Below are positions 1 to 22,822 of a DNA stretch of 64,000 nucleotides, one piece after another. This DNA is from the human T2T-CHM13v2.0 reference genome, Homo sapiens, in NCBI RefSeq assembly GCF_009914755.1, contig NC_060935.1, one strand, 5' to 3'. The translations under genes were made by a program, and so were the position numbers. Within the stretch, counting starts at the first letter, position 1. Each line of letters begins with the position of its first letter. Below the pieces are notes generated by a model. The model made no database searches, had not been told where the DNA came from, and saw only the letters and a program-made list of their open reading frames with translations.

Positions 1-495
1 TCTTTACTTAAACTTCATGAACCAATCTCTGCTAGCTTCCAATTTTTCTTCTGCAGCTTCCTCAACTTCCTCAGCTTTCACATAATTGAAGAGAGTTAGG
101 GCCTTGCTGTATTAGGCTTTGCCTTAAGGAAATGTTGTGGCTGGTTTGATCTTCTATCCAGAACACTAATATTTTCTCTGAATCAGCAATAAGGATATTT
201 CACTTTATTATCATTCAGGTCTTCACTGGAGTAGCACTTTTAATTTCCTTCAACAACTTTTTCTTTGCTTTCTCAACTGGGACAACTGTTTGACACAAAA
301 AGCCTAGCTTTTGCCCTGTCTCAGCTTTTGCCCTGTCTCAGCTTTTGCCCTGTCTCAGCTTTTGACATGCCTTCCTCACTAAGTTTAATCATTTCTAGCT
401 TTTGATTTAAAGTGAGAGATATGCAACTCTTCCTTTCTATTGAACATTCAGACTTCATGGTAGGGTTATTAATTGGCCTAATTTCAATGCTTCAT
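1..495 (-). mobile_element. Tigger1 (pogo-like DNA transposon) transposase fragment
   Basis: Reverse complement resembles the Tigger1 N-terminal coding region (tcactttaaatcaaaagctagaaatgattaa...agtgaggaaggcatgtc). Confidence 0.8.
306..364. repeat. 17-bp tandem repeat (agcttttgccctgtctc) x3.5
   Basis: Directly visible perfect copies. Confidence 0.95.
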
Positions 496-1173
496 GACTT
501 GCAGACTTATTTCTATCCATCAATTTCTCAGAATTTTCTGAGTGTCTGCAGACTCTGCAGCCCCACTCAGGTAAATGCACTCTCTGTGGATGTGTTTTCC
601 TTCATCTCCTTTACCAAATCAAGGCCATCTAATATTAACTTTACTACAATCTCTCCATCTAAATCCATCCTATCCTTCTCTGCCTTCCTACCTCAGAATT
701 TCCCCCTCTTCTGTAGCAGGCTGGCCCCTTCATCTATGCCATTGATCCATCTCTACTTACTTTGGTGAGACCATACTATGGCAATTACTCCTGTCCCTCC
801 ACCCTCCCTTACTCATTCCTACCCCATTTGTCCATAGACATTCTAAAGTTACCATCTCTTCCCCAAAAATGTTCAAGAATCTGTCTCCCATCCTAATATA
901 TTCTTGTGCTATACCAGCATCCTTCCTTCTACCATCAAAATGATCAAAAGTGGTCCACAGCATCTTCCATTCTCTCCTAATCCACTGCATTGTAGCTTCA
1001 ACTGTTTCTACTCCACTATGTTGAAATAATATTCTTTTTTCTTTTGTTTATTTATATTATTTTTAATTGACAAATCACAGTTGTATTACATTTATGGAGT
1101 ATGATGTGATGTTTTGATATGGATATACAATGTGGAGCAATTAAATCAAGCTAATATAGACATCACCTCTTGA

Positions 1174-1541
<368 letters not shown>

Positions 1542-4500
1542 CTATAGTCACCCTGAAGTGCCATAAATCTCAACACTTATTTCTCTTGTCTAGCTGAAAC
1601 AATATTCTTAAAGGTTGCTCCGAGGCTAGCTTCACAGATGTGCAAAACAGACCCTGTGCTCAGAAAAGTCCCACCCTTTGAGACTAACATCTTGTGATTG
1701 TCATCTTCAAATTATTTAAAATGTTATCTTTGAATTTGCATTTTGTAGGTAAAGTCCAATGGGACAATGGAGCAAACACAGAAAACTTGGAACCCCAGCT
1801 CGTGCGTGGTCACACCTTCTGCTACCTCCCATTCTCTCCACAATCCACTGCATTCAACACTGTTGATGACTGTTGCCTACAAGATGATGTCCCGCTTCCC
1901 AAGCCTGACATTCAAAGCACTCTAACCCTGAACAGTTTTTCCAGTTTTTATTTCTCTTGATAGCCACCAGGCATCCTACTTTCTATCCACATAGACCCCA
2001 AGGGCCCATGCCGCAGTGTTTGGCACACTGTGGACGCTCAGTGAACTGGGTCCTTCCTTCACTCACCACACCATGTATGCTGTCCCCCTTTGACATATTT
2101 CGTGCTGTTCCCTCAGTTTGGAATGCCCTAGTTTTACTTTTTTTAATCACTTTTACTTTTAGGTTCAAATTAATGCCATCTCCAAAGTGAAGTTTTTCTC
2201 CGAGGTTTTAAACAATTATGTGTGTCCTATTTATAGCATTTTTTTTTTCAAATTGCTTTGTGTTATTTTCTCCTGTATATTATGTCTCCTTTTGTTTCTT
2301 TTCCTAGAACACAATACTTTAGCTTCTCCCACTCCTATATTCCTACCTATTACACAATCCTGTCCAGAAACCATCCTGTATGGACAAACTCGTATTAGAG
2401 ACTGAATGTGTGGGTCCTTGCTGGGCTGTAAACTTTTTGAAGGCAAACTATGCCTTACTCATCTTAGGTTTCTTCTGGAACCTAGAACAGTGCCTTTTGA
2501 CAGTAAGTACCTACTGAATTATGCAAATCCCATCTGATTCTCTATTTAATAAATTGGAGAAGGCACAGGTATATCAATTTAGGAGCCCACCTCAGGGAAA
2601 TGTATTTGTCCTTAACTCAACAAACTAGCTTCCAGATCACTAGATGTGATAGTTTAAAGTAGCACTGTCTGCTTGTCATTATGAACAAATATGGAAAATT
2701 TTTAAATTGATAAACCCTGGGGCTATTTGCTAATGAAAACAGTTTAAACTGGTGTCTTGAAATATATCTTGCTCCCACTTTTGAAAAGGAAACTGCATCT
2801 GTCTGCTGTTACAAAACACTTGCATACGTAAACACATAGAAGATGGAACACTCTTGTTCCTAAGTATAACTCTCATCTGGGCTCCTGCCTCCATATCATC
2901 TGTATCCTTTAGAATCTGGTTTAGTTATGTCACCTCACATCTCTTAAATCAACAATATCTCCATCTCTGTGGTCTCTGTCCAGTTACATCCAAAAATTAC
3001 TTCTCAACTTTGATCATCCTTGGAACTACACTTCTAACTCAACTTTCTTTTCCCTGAGTGAGTGAATAAATGCTCAAAAACCAAAGGATATTCATGAAGG
3101 AACAGAACTAGTAAGTGGTAGAGCTGGGATGGAAACTCAAACCTGAAGTCAAGACCCACAACATAAAGTCTTCCCCACCTTTTAACTGCAACTCAATTAC
3201 ATCAGTCTCAAATGATCCATATACCAAAAGATCACAATATTCCTGTCAGTGAGTCTGGTATTGGCTAACAGAGTACCATCCATTACCTAGCTGTTGATCA
3301 GAAGGCATATGGAATTGTATCTTTCCCAAGCTGAATTATTTTAAGTAATAGTGTTAAAAAAGATTTTCCTAGGAATTTCCCTTGGATTATAGTTAGATCT
3401 ATGGCAGGCAGTGGAAAATCTTGGCCCTGGAAGGCTCCTGAGCTCTTTTCTCATGGCTATGCCTCCTTGACCTGGGTGAGCTGTTTTCCATCTATGGGAA
3501 GTAGCTAACTGCATAGATTTCTGTGCCATGGAGATCGTTCACTCCTGAGTATTATTTTGTCAATATGTTGCTGTAAAGGAAGATTATGAGCTCAAACTCA
3601 AGCTCTTCTCTTAATCTCCCAGCATTTTCAATTCCATCAGCTTTCATCCTGAGCCTTAAAAAAGATTTCTAAAATCATACAAAAACAACTAAAAGCCTGC
3701 TATGGTTTCATGGTCTCCATGGAAATGCTAGGAATGGATGCTGTGTTGACTTCCTCACATATCTCTTGGACTATTTTGTTAATGCCTTTTATGTATGGTA
3801 CTTGGCAGTTTACAAAGCCCTTTCTCACGTATTATCTCAGTTAATCCCCACAACAAACCCACGTGGATATTATTACCCATGTTTAACATATCATGAAACC
3901 TAAATTTGTAGAAGATAAGTGGTTTAACCAAGGTTTACAAGCGGTAAATTCACTTACAGTTTGCAAGTGGTAAACTCAACTTTTAAATTTTGGTTTGCCT
4001 GAAGCCATGGCTGCTATTCTTGCCACTATAACCAAAACAGTGTAGCCTAGAGCAGATCACTTTGATGCCCTAGTGCCCTTGCTTGTCCCTTGAAAATTCA
4101 CCTCATGGGCACTTTACATTGTTGATATACAGCCTAAAAGAAAGCATCCCAGACAAGGAATTAACAAACTTTAGTTCTGTTTCTAAATCAAGTCACCTTG
4201 ACCTATTCATGTAATCAACTGCTTCTTCCACAGGTAAATGGAAATAATAATCCTTGCCCACTTTCTCCCTTCTGTCATCCCCTCTACTAATACTACCTTA
4301 GATGAAATACATTAAGCTTCATAGAGCTGGGAATATTATAAAACTTTGCAAATGCATGGCTTACCACAAATTCGGTCTTGTGATTACCGGTAATGTGAAG
4401 TCCTTTGGTATGATTTTCTTCCTTTTAACCTTACCCCTCGATAACTTTACCCAACAAATGGCATTAGTTCCCCACCCCTATCTGTTGGCACTTACTGCTA

Positions 4501-4702
4501 GGTACACACTGCTGCTCCTACTCAAAGTGCCTGTGATTTAGAAAAAGGGCTTTCTTTGGCCTCAGAGTACATGCAGCTTGAGTACAAGGAAGACAAAGTG
4601 GGGTGTAAGGGTTGGTGGACCACCTCTTGTACTCTACAATGAATCCCAGAGGTCCTCTGAGTATTGAGTTCCAACTTCCCAAGACAGTAATCTGCTCATT
4701 AA

Positions 4703-5033
<331 letters not shown>

Positions 5034-5653
5034 AATCCCTGTAGAATATAGAAAATATCTCACTTTTGGCTCTTCTAGCTGTACATCTAGAGATTGCCTC
5101 CTAAATAGACTACTATACACAAGTCCTAGTCTCAGCATCCACTTCTAGAAAAACCCCAAATTGTGAGACAATCTAGGGTAAGTAGTAGCTTCACCAGGTA
5201 GTTTGTGTAAGGGAACTGAGTGACAATTCCCCCCACTCTGTCTTTCTTTTCCTCAGATAGTGTGTTATACGGCCCATCTTGCCTCCTTTACTGAAAGCTC
5301 TGAAAATTTCACCTTGCCCAACTCAAAAATTATCTTATATATCCTGTAACTTTCTTCCGTCCTACTTTTCCTCCATTTCAAAATTTTCAGATTATCTTAG
5401 GAAAATCTCCAAGTTCTTCATTTTATTTTTGAGCCTCCAATATTTTCTAACTCATGTCTGAAAATGCAAGAGCACCTAGAGACAGAAAGTCCTATTTTCT
5501 AAGTGTTATTGAACATAATGAAAATAACCACTTCAAACTTCCAAAGCATTGAAAAGTGTCCCTAAGGTCCCCTCTCAGAATCACTATAAATGTCTTCTTT
5601 TTCCTCCTTAACTTCATATAAACCCAATTTTCTTTAAGTAGCACCTTTCAGGA

Positions 5654-6025
5654 TGTAATGGACTGAATGTGTCGTTCCAAAATATGTTGAAGGCCTAACC
5701 CCCAATGTGGCTGTATTTTAAGTAAAGAAGTAATTAAGATTAAACGAAATCATAAGGGTTGGGCCCTGATCTGATAAGATTGGTTTCCTTACAAGAAGAG
5801 ACACCAGATCTCTTGTGGTCTCTCTCTCTCTCCCTCTTTTCACCCTGTGAGGACAAAGCAAGAAGGCAGCTATATGCAAGCCAAGAAAAGAGCCCTCAAC
5901 AGAATTCAAACCTGCAGACCTTAATCTGAGACTTCTCATCTCCAGATCTATGAGAAAATAAATTTCTGTGGCTTAAGACACCCCATTTATGGTATTTTGT
6001 TTTGGCAACTGCGCAGACTAAGACA
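5654..6025 (+). mobile_element. MaLR solo LTR (MLT1A-like)
   Basis: TG...CA termini (tgtaatggactgaatg ... gactaagaca), internal AATAAA, perfect 5-bp TSD CAGGA at 5649-5653 and 6026-6030. Confidence 0.88.
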
Positions 6026-8339
6026 CAGGATAAATGTAAATTGATTTCTCTTATAATCGTCTAATTTTTCTTCCTTTTTTGTTTGCTAGTGGGGTATCAG
6101 GATGTTTTAAAACTAGTTTTCACTATAAAGAGTATTGCAGTAATATCAAATACGTAATAGTTCTCTCTGGATTATAATTAAACAAAGTAGCATGAATACC
6201 ATCATTTCCAAAACAATTTTAAATCTTAGAGGATGACAACACCCTCACAACCTTTTTCTTCCCCTTTGTAATAGTGACAGATACTGCAAAATTGGACAGG
6301 AGCAAGAAGCTTGTACTCTAAATATGCGAGCTATCCACAGGATGACTTAACCTTAAACTACAGAGTTTCACTGTGCTCTGGTGTAAAAAGCATCAAGAAG
6401 TGATCAAACACTATTTTTGTGTATTAGTTTTTCATGACGATATACAATATACGTTCTGTACCAACACTGAGTTTATTTGTTCAATGTAAACAAAAAAGAG
6501 AATTTATTTGCTCACATAATTTCCTAGTCTATGGTTAAGATGCTGCTATGGTAGAACTGAGTGGCTCAAAAAAAGAAAACACAGCCTCTCCATTACTTGG
6601 TTCTACGTTCCACTGTGCTGGCCTCTTTCTCAGACAGCCTCCCCCAAGTGATGATAAAAATATTTATCAGCAGCAATGGGTTTTTATTATCCGCACAACT
6701 AGAATTCCAACGAATGGGAATGTTCTTTCTGAATAAATCTAGTAAAGGTCATTGGCTTTGCTGAGGTCACATGTCTATCCCTGATCCAATCACCTTCCTT
6801 CAGAAGAACAAAGTACTTTTATTGGTCAGACCTGGGACTGTACCTATTTCTGAGGCTGAGGTTAAAGTCAGCCTTGCCTAAACACATGGACCAAGAATGG
6901 GAGATGCAGTTCTTTGTGGAGAAACTAGACTGTGGGGAAAAACAGCTCAGAAATTCACTCCCCTTTCATTTCACGTCCCATCCTCAATTATATCCAATAA
7001 TATTATTCAACATAGCATATCAAAGTCCAAAAACATTAAAATCCAAAATCAAATTCTCTAAGTTAAAGTTTAGAGAAAGTAAAGCCTTCTTTGATTCCTT
7101 GGTCTGTTCATTTTCAGCTTTAGGAGTTTTTCCAGTAACACCTGTGATCTGAGATATCTCTCGCTAGAATGGAGGTACTTATCCCAGGAAAAATGTTATT
7201 CCCATAATACAGTATTTATTGTGATTTAATGATATCCAAAATAGGAAGGGAAGATGGATGGCTCTCAACAGGGTGCCAGGAAGTTTATGCAATTGTCCGT
7301 AATCCATGGTCTATGAACCTAAACACAGTTAGGAGACTTCTCCCCACGGAAAATCAATTTAGGCACTATACGCTGACTATATCTAAGGTAGGGGAATGTC
7401 CTACATAAACTGTCTCCTTTCTTATAAATTTGAGACAACACTGCCTTCTGGCAAAGTTATAAATTTGCAACAAGTACAACCCAAGCACCAGCTTTTACCT
7501 GAGATTTCTTTCTTTTTTATCCTGTGGATCCCAAGAGATTTCCATTTCCCCACTGAGCTCTGTGTTCCCAGCACTTAATGTGCTGCACTGATGGTACCTA
7601 GTAACACAACCTCCACAATATTTTGGGGACAGGCAATCTCTTTTTCAGTGTCATATTTCAGTGGCTGCCACCACTGCCTTATTGAGGACGTGCTTATGCC
7701 TAAGACACTCGCCTCTAAAGGAAGCTGCTACTCTTTCTCACCTTGATTTCAGCTGCAAGATCTCCTTTTCCAGACTGCCAAACTGAAGGTGCTTTTGATG
7801 CTTCTCAGTGGTGCGCCCCTAGGGGCCCAGGAAGAGCAGTGCCACTGCCGCATGTTCCTCAGGACACCAGCATTCCTGGCTCTCTCCTCTGCCTTTGGGT
7901 TCTGTAAAGTTCTTGGACATGATCCCTCAGGATACTGACAATGCCTGCTTGCTTACCTTCTACATTACCTTGAAACTCAGAAACTCCAATATTTTCACTT
8001 TTGAACACACGAATTCAAGATTCATTGTCCTCTTCCCGCTTCTTACCAATATCCAGCTTTTAAAGTATTCACATCTCCTCCACAAAGCCCTTGTGCTTTC
8101 GGGAAACTTAGTCCTGCTTGTAACTTTGGAAATAATTCAGTTTGGTTTAAGCCAAGCTGCAGAATCCATTCCCCCAGCAAAAATTACTGGTATGTGACCT
8201 AGGCTAGACCAGTGAGGATGAATCCCAGAACTTTTGCTTGCAAATGCTCGATAAAAGCACTCTTGCTCCCCCTACTGGTTATGAAACAAGAAGCATGCGC
8301 TGGCAGCCATCCTACAACTCCAAGAAGAGTGTGTGATAG

Positions 8340-8770
8340 GACTTGGATGGAAAAATAATTGTTGTCTTTATCAAAGTATTACCTTGGAAGAGACTAAATT
8401 TACTTCAAAGAAAAACTGACCAAACTAATTGAGGGACTCCCCTTTGAGAATACAGTGCCAACTCTAGAGCATATTCCTTTCTATATGTTTATATTCACTG
8501 GTGGAAAATCCCTGTCCTGTGAGGGTGGGTTTTATTTTTTAAACATCCTAGAAGTTACTCAAAACCAAAAGTAAATAAGTACGTGATCAATTTTAGTAAT
8601 GGCATTTCCAGGGTTTTTAAAAAGCAGAACTTTTTACTTGTGAGTAGTTTCCTTATTGCTAAAACACTGGTCCTGAAGTCAGTATCTCTTTTTGAGCAAA
8701 TAAAACCACTTCCGTTCAATGTGGGAAGAAAGTGTTTTCACTTCTTAATTACATCTTAGTGAACTCTGGA
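8340..8770. mobile_element. Possible ancient mariner-derived (MARNA-like) element
   Basis: Weak resemblance to a recalled consensus (gagggtgggtttatttttt...aagttactc...gtgatcaa). Confidence 0.35.
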
Positions 8771-9741
8771 TTTTCTTTGACATTTAAAAATAGTTAAATT
8801 CTATTGAATCTCAAAATAGCTAATCCTTTTTAAAAAAGTTTTAGCACCTGTACATTTCTTTTTAAGGGCTAAAACTCCAAGTTTATTTTGTCAAATTGCC
8901 AAGGCAACCAAGAACATTGCCATATTAACACCTGCGTGTGACATCGTTGAGTGAAGACATTGCAAAGAGGATGTTTAAAAGTTGAATGTGTGTTCTGCAT
9001 AGTCTGGCACTCTCAGACAGCCAAACAGGATAGAGGCCAGATGGTTCCGTATCTGTGTGGCCTCCCACATATCTTACATGCATTTGGAGTTCCTATTTTA
9101 TAGAATTAACTGTTGCCAATTCCTTGTAACTCTCACAACCCCCTTATTATCCATTCCAACAAAGGACATAGATATAATAAAGTTTGGCAAGAAACATTTA
9201 ATCCATTTCAGCTCTCCCAAGTAGTACTATTCCTCTATCAATCTAAAGACATCAAATTTTGTCCTATTTTTAAAAATACCTCCAGTGAAGGAGTTTTCGC
9301 CAGTAACTTATCTCAGAATCAAGGATTCTAAGAGTCTGGTTTTTGTTATAACAAATAATCACACAATTATTTTTAAGACCACGGGAAGAAAGATATTGTA
9401 CTGATCTTCTCAATATCCCTTTTGCAGAAAGATTAGTCCTTGTGAAGCTTACTTTTATAAAAAGTAAACTGTAGGACAGTAAACTGACAGGACATAAGAA
9501 AATCAGATTCTCTGATAACCTGACAAGCTTTTCTAAACATTTACTTATAATATTTTGAGATGAACAAATGATTAAGAGGAATTTTTCTTTGAGTCTTGGC
9601 TTTCCTAATTCTAGATAATAATCATTTGAGCTTTATTTATAGCATCTTTCTTCAGAGATGCTCTAAGAACAGCCATCTCATTTGTCTTCAGGAGGCAAAT
9701 GTGAAATTGTGTTTCATTTTTTACTTTAGAAATGAATTTGT

Positions 9742-10044
9742 GGCTGGGCGCAGTGGCTCACGCCTGTAATCCCAACACTTTGGGAGGTCGAGGTGGGTGG
9801 ATCACCTGAGGTCGGGAGTTTGAGACCAGCCTGACCAACGTGGAGAAACCCCATCTCTACTAAAAATAGAAAAATTAGCCTGGTGTGGTGGCGCATGCCT
9901 GTAATTCCAGCTACTCAGGAGGCTGAGGCAGGAGAATTGCTTGAACCCAGGAGGTGGAGGTTGCGGTCAGCCGAGATCGCGCCATTCCACTCCAACCTGG
10001 GCAACAAGAGCGAAACTCCATCTCAGAAAAAAAAAAAAGGAAAA
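9742..10044 (+). mobile_element. AluSp-like SINE
   Basis: Full dimer with perfect 14-bp TSD agaaatgaatttgt at 9728-9741 and 10045-10058. Confidence 0.95.
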
Positions 10045-10395
10045 AGAAATGAATTTGTAAGGTTTCTAATGGAGAGCCAGGGTTTCTCCTCCTGTAAACA
10101 AAGTAATAAAAACAATTTTAAGAAGCTTTGTCATTTTTAAAAATGATTCAATCATCTAAGTCTAGAAAATAAAATGGTTATGGGACCAAACTAAAAAGAA
10201 AAAAAAGAAAAATTAGTGAAAAGGAGACCCTCCTTTTAATTTCTTCTGATTAAAAATTTTAAAGTGTGCATTGGATGGAAGGAAACGAGGTATGATATAA
10301 TCTTAATTGTACATAGTGCCTAGTATATAACACGGGAAGCAGAAAGTTTATCTCCCAAACAAATATGACAATGAGTTATTGAAACCACAAGCCAG

Positions 10396-10401
10396 TTTAT
10401 T
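10396..10401 (-). terminator. LPXN: Probable main LPXN polyadenylation signal AATAAA
   Basis: tttatt on plus, about 560 nt past the stop codon, followed by GU/U-rich sequence on the minus strand. A second AATAAA lies at 10825-10830. Confidence 0.65.
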
Positions 10402-10958
10402 TATCAATGATGTCAGTACTCAAAGTTGTCCAGTTAAAATCTACTTCCTCTTGAAAAACAAAAATACACTGAAGGAAGATGCAAAGAGCTAAAAGTGGTA
10501 TCATGATTCCACAGCAGTGATTGTAAGACAGTGAGCCACAGGGAAATGGGAAAACGTGAAAAGAAACAAGTATCAGGACCAAATTAGAGAAGATATGAGT
10601 AGGGCCATCACTAGAGGTGAAAATGGAGAAACCTAAGAAAACCAGTGTTGGCATGAATTATGCAAGTGGAAAATACATCTGTAGAGGGACGAGATAGAAG
10701 GACCTAGATCTAACTCCAAGTGCTTGATTGGAGAAGAGAGGGAGAAAGAGAATTTATAGAATTAACTGTATAGAAGCCTAAAAAATAAGATTATCAGCCT
10801 AGTCATGTAAAGTCTAGAAGTTCCTTTATTTGCTCATCACCTTTCCTTTTTCTATAAGACTATTAAGCAGAAGGTCAGTAACAGAAAATTTACCCTTTCC
10901 TCTCCTCTCTTGGTTTAAATTTTATAAGGAATCTGAAGAGGCTATGGATCAGTTGGCA

Positions 10959-11228
10959 TTACAGTGGGAAGAGCTTATTGAAGCAAGGTTGACAATAGGT
11001 CTTGTCATTCTGCTCCCTGAAAATGCCCTTCGACAACTGTGTCAGGCAGAAAGCACACACAAAGTGCTCAGGATGGAACTTGTACCCCATGGCACTGATA
11101 CAACGGCCAGTGATGGGCTGCCCACACCCATGGCAGAGCGTTCCCCGGCGGTGATGGTAATGGAGCTCACAGAATGGACGTCCATCCAGTTCAAAGAAGG
11201 AGCCAGTAGAAAAACTGGTGAAGCAGTC
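10959..11228 (-). CDS. LPXN: Leupaxin exon 9 coding part (LIM3 to LIM4, stop)
   Basis: ccag|GAC TGC TTC...CCA CTG TAA; DCFTSF...[11 protein letters not shown]. Confidence 0.97.
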   Translation of the reverse strand, partial: DCFTSFSTGSFFELDGRPFCELHYHHRRGTLCHGCGQPITGRCISAMGYKFHPEHFVCAFCLTQLSKGIFREQNDKTYCQPCFNKLFPL

Positions 11229-11547
11229 CTGGGGTAGAGAGAAGAGAGAGAAAAAGAATGCAAATGTCAAGAGGTAAAATGTCAGCAAAGTAAAATTTTC
11301 AGCCTTGAAATTCCTGACAGTTACCTGCCAGCTACAGGAATTTCCCTCAGGTTCTTGACAAATGGAGACTAGATTTCCCGCTTGCAAAACAGACAAGCAA
11401 ATGGATCTGTATCTCGTTTCTCCTTTAGGATGCGCACATCCATTCCTCATTCAGGACTGTGAACCCTTTCACTAACTGCAGCTCTTCCTCTCAGAGAGGA
11501 GAACCCTTGACTTTCCCTAAGTCCGAAAGAAAAGTGATTATACAGAC

Positions 11548-11696
11548 CCCACAAACAAAGCACTCTGGGTGCCAGACAGTGTCCATGGCTGAAAGGTAGT
11601 TTTCCAACACTGGGCGATTGCAGCCACCACACTTGGGTGAGAACATGGCTAAGAAATCCTTTCGGCAATATGGCTTCTTGTCCTTCTCATGAAAGC
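11548..11696 (-). CDS. LPXN: Leupaxin exon 8 (LIM2 to LIM3)
   Basis: ccag|GC TTT CAT GAG AAG...TGT GGG|gtctgt encodes FHEKDKKPYCRKDF...WHPECFVCG; 149 nt. Confidence 0.96.
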
Positions 11697-11764
11697 CTGG
11701 AGAGATAAAATCAGGAATTCACTGTTGCAGGTTGAGCCCTGAAAGCTACACTGGAGACTGAGAG

Positions 11765-11915
11765 GAGGCCCTTTCAATCTCAGTGTCCTCATATTCAAAA
11801 TAGGATGATTACTGTTACCTAATTCAAAGGGTAGTTGTAAGAAATAAATGAGATAATGCAGAGGAAGTGTTTTGGCATTGTGTCTGGTTCATAGTAAACA
11901 TTTAATAAGTGTTAG
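11765..11915 (+). mobile_element. MIR fragment
   Basis: MIR core: ctcagtgtcctcat...aaaatagga...aaatgagataatgca. Confidence 0.65.
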
Positions 11916-12833
11916 GGGCTATTGCTCCTCAGTGCCTTTGTACTAAGTATTCCCTTGGCTTGGATAGTTCTGTCCCAGAGCCTGATATAGTTGTCCTCTT
12001 CATGTGATGCAAGAATCACTCAAATATCATCTTATCAGAGAGGCATCTCTTCAGTCCCTCCTTGTCACATCATCTTCTTTCACCGTCTTTATGGCATTTA
12101 CCTTTATTTAAAATCATCTTTGTGGGCTGTCTCCCCTTACAGGAACATTAGCTCTGAGAGAAACTAGATATTGTTGATCTTGTCACCATTATATCTCTAA
12201 TATCTAAAACAGCATCTGGGAAGAAAAAAAGCATCTGATATTTTAAAATAAAATACTACTAAATAATAATTTCCAGATGGATGCAAGATCTAAACACAAT
12301 GACTCATACCATATATTTGAATTAAAAATAGATGTATTCCTCCTTTTTTTATTTTTTGTGTGGGTATATTATTTTTATTGTTTACCAGCAGTGTATGAAA
12401 ATCCCAATTATTCCTCAGTCTTTACATCACTTGATATATCCATATATTTCCTTTTTAATCAATCAAATGGATGTTATCTATCTATACAATGTTATCTCAT
12501 GGTAGTTTTGATTTGTATTTCCCGAAAGGCTAATGATACTTAGGGTTTTTTTAATGTGTGCATTTGCATTTCATATCTTGTCATTAATGATGTATTCCTC
12601 TTTAATCTGGAAACAGAAAAACTGTCATAAATAAAGCCCAAATTCCAAAAGCAAGTTAAATATTAATAAATTTAGCTACATAAAAATATATCTGAATGAC
12701 TTACACATGTCAAAAAATCACCATAAACAAAGACAAATAACAATCTGAAGAAAATATTTGCTAATTATATTCCACTCCTGAGTATATGTATGGTTTCAAC
12801 TATTGTTGTACATAATTAAAAAGTGAAAAAATT

Positions 12834-21171
<8,338 letters not shown>

Positions 21172-21265
21172 AACGAAATAGTTCATTCAAGTAACTTTAA
21201 ATGATAGTGTTCAGAGTGTACAGTCCTAATGATGCAATCTAAAGACAAAACAAGCTACAAAGAAA

Positions 21266-22089
21266 TATTTTATTTTATTTTATTATTATTATACTTTAAG
21301 TTTTAGGGTACATGTGCACAATGTGCACGTTAGTTACATATGTATACATGTGCCATGCTGGTGTGCTGCACCCATTAACTCGTCATTTAGCATTAGGTAT
21401 ATCTCCTAAAGCTATCCCTCCCCCCTCCCCCCACCCCACAACAGTCCCCAGAGTGTGATGTTCCTCTTCCTGTGTCCATGTGTTCTCACTGTTCAATTCC
21501 CACCTATGAGTGAGAACATGTGGCGTTTGGTTTTTTGTCCTTGCGATAGTTTACTGAGAATGATGATTTCCAATTTCATCCATGTCCCTACAAAGGACAT
21601 GAACTCATCATTTTTTATGGCTGCACAGTATTCCATGGTGTATATGTGCCACATTTTCTTAATCCAGTCTATCACTGATGGACATTTGGGTTGGTTCCAA
21701 GTCTTTGCTATTGTGAATAGTGCCGCCATAAACATACGTGTGCATGTGTCTTTATAGCAGCATGATTTATAGTCCTTTGGGTATATACCCAGTAATGGGG
21801 TGGCTGGGCCAAATGGTATTTCTAGTTCTAGATCCCTGAGGAATCGCCACACTGACTTCCACAATGGTTGAACTAGTTTACAGTCCCACCAACAGTGTAA
21901 AAGTGTTCCTATTTCTCCACATCCTCTCCAGCACCTGTTGTTTCCTGACTTTTTAATGATTGCCATTCTAACTGGTGTGAGATGGTATCTCATTGTGGTT
22001 TTGATTTGCATTTCTCTGATGGCCAGTGATGGTGAGCATTTTTTCATGTGTTTTTTGGCTGCATAAATGTCTTCTTTTGAGAAGTGTCT
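21266..22089 (-). mobile_element. 5'-truncated young L1 (L1PA3-like) 3' end
   Basis: ORF 21493..22047 is the ORF2p C-terminus; L1 3'UTR and T-rich tail at left. Confidence 0.95.
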
Positions 22090-22532
22090 TAAACTGTTTT
22101 TATATATACTGGAAATTTGCTGTGAGTAGATTCTGATGCTCTTACCATATACACATGAAAAGGGTTACTGTGAGTGAGGACGGATATGTTAATTTGCCTA
22201 ACTGTAATAAATATTTCACTGTGTATATCAAAATATCATGTTGTGTACCTTAAAATATACAATAAAATAATACAATATATATACACAATAAAAATAATTT
22301 GTTCATTTACAATATTTATATATTTTTTGAACTTATTACAGGTAGATTACATAATAAAGCAAATAATTATATTAATGCCTTTGGAAAGCAAGATTTCCAG
22401 CATTAAAAAAGACACAAATAATCAAACAAATCAAACAAAAAACTGTATCATTATACTATATCAGATATATTAGTATGAACTCATGACTTACTTTTCTTTA
22501 AAAAAAACAACAACAACAATGACAGATTCTAT

Positions 22533-22822
22533 CAGGGCGCAGTGGCTCCTGCCTGTAATCCCAGAACTTTGAGAGGCTGAGGCGGGAGGACTGGTTGAAG
22601 CCTGGAGTTCGAGACAAGCCCTGGGCAATGTAGTGAGACCCACTCTCTACAAAAAATTTTAAAAAATTAGCCAGACCTGGTGGTACACATCTGTAGTGCC
22701 AGCTACTCAGAAGGCTGATGTGGGAGAATCGCTTGAGTCCAGGAGTTCAAGGCTGTAGCAAGCTATGATAGCACCTCTGAACTCTAGCCTGGGAGACAGC
22801 ATGAGATCCTGTCTCTATAAAA
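22533..22822 (+). mobile_element. AluJ-like SINE within old L1M 3'UTR sequence
   Basis: Diverged Alu dimer. Confidence 0.88.

Noticed and set aside
10959-11450. 163-aa ORF as a standalone gene
   Set aside because: It is LPXN exon 9 plus in-frame intron 8 sequence upstream of the acceptor at 11228.
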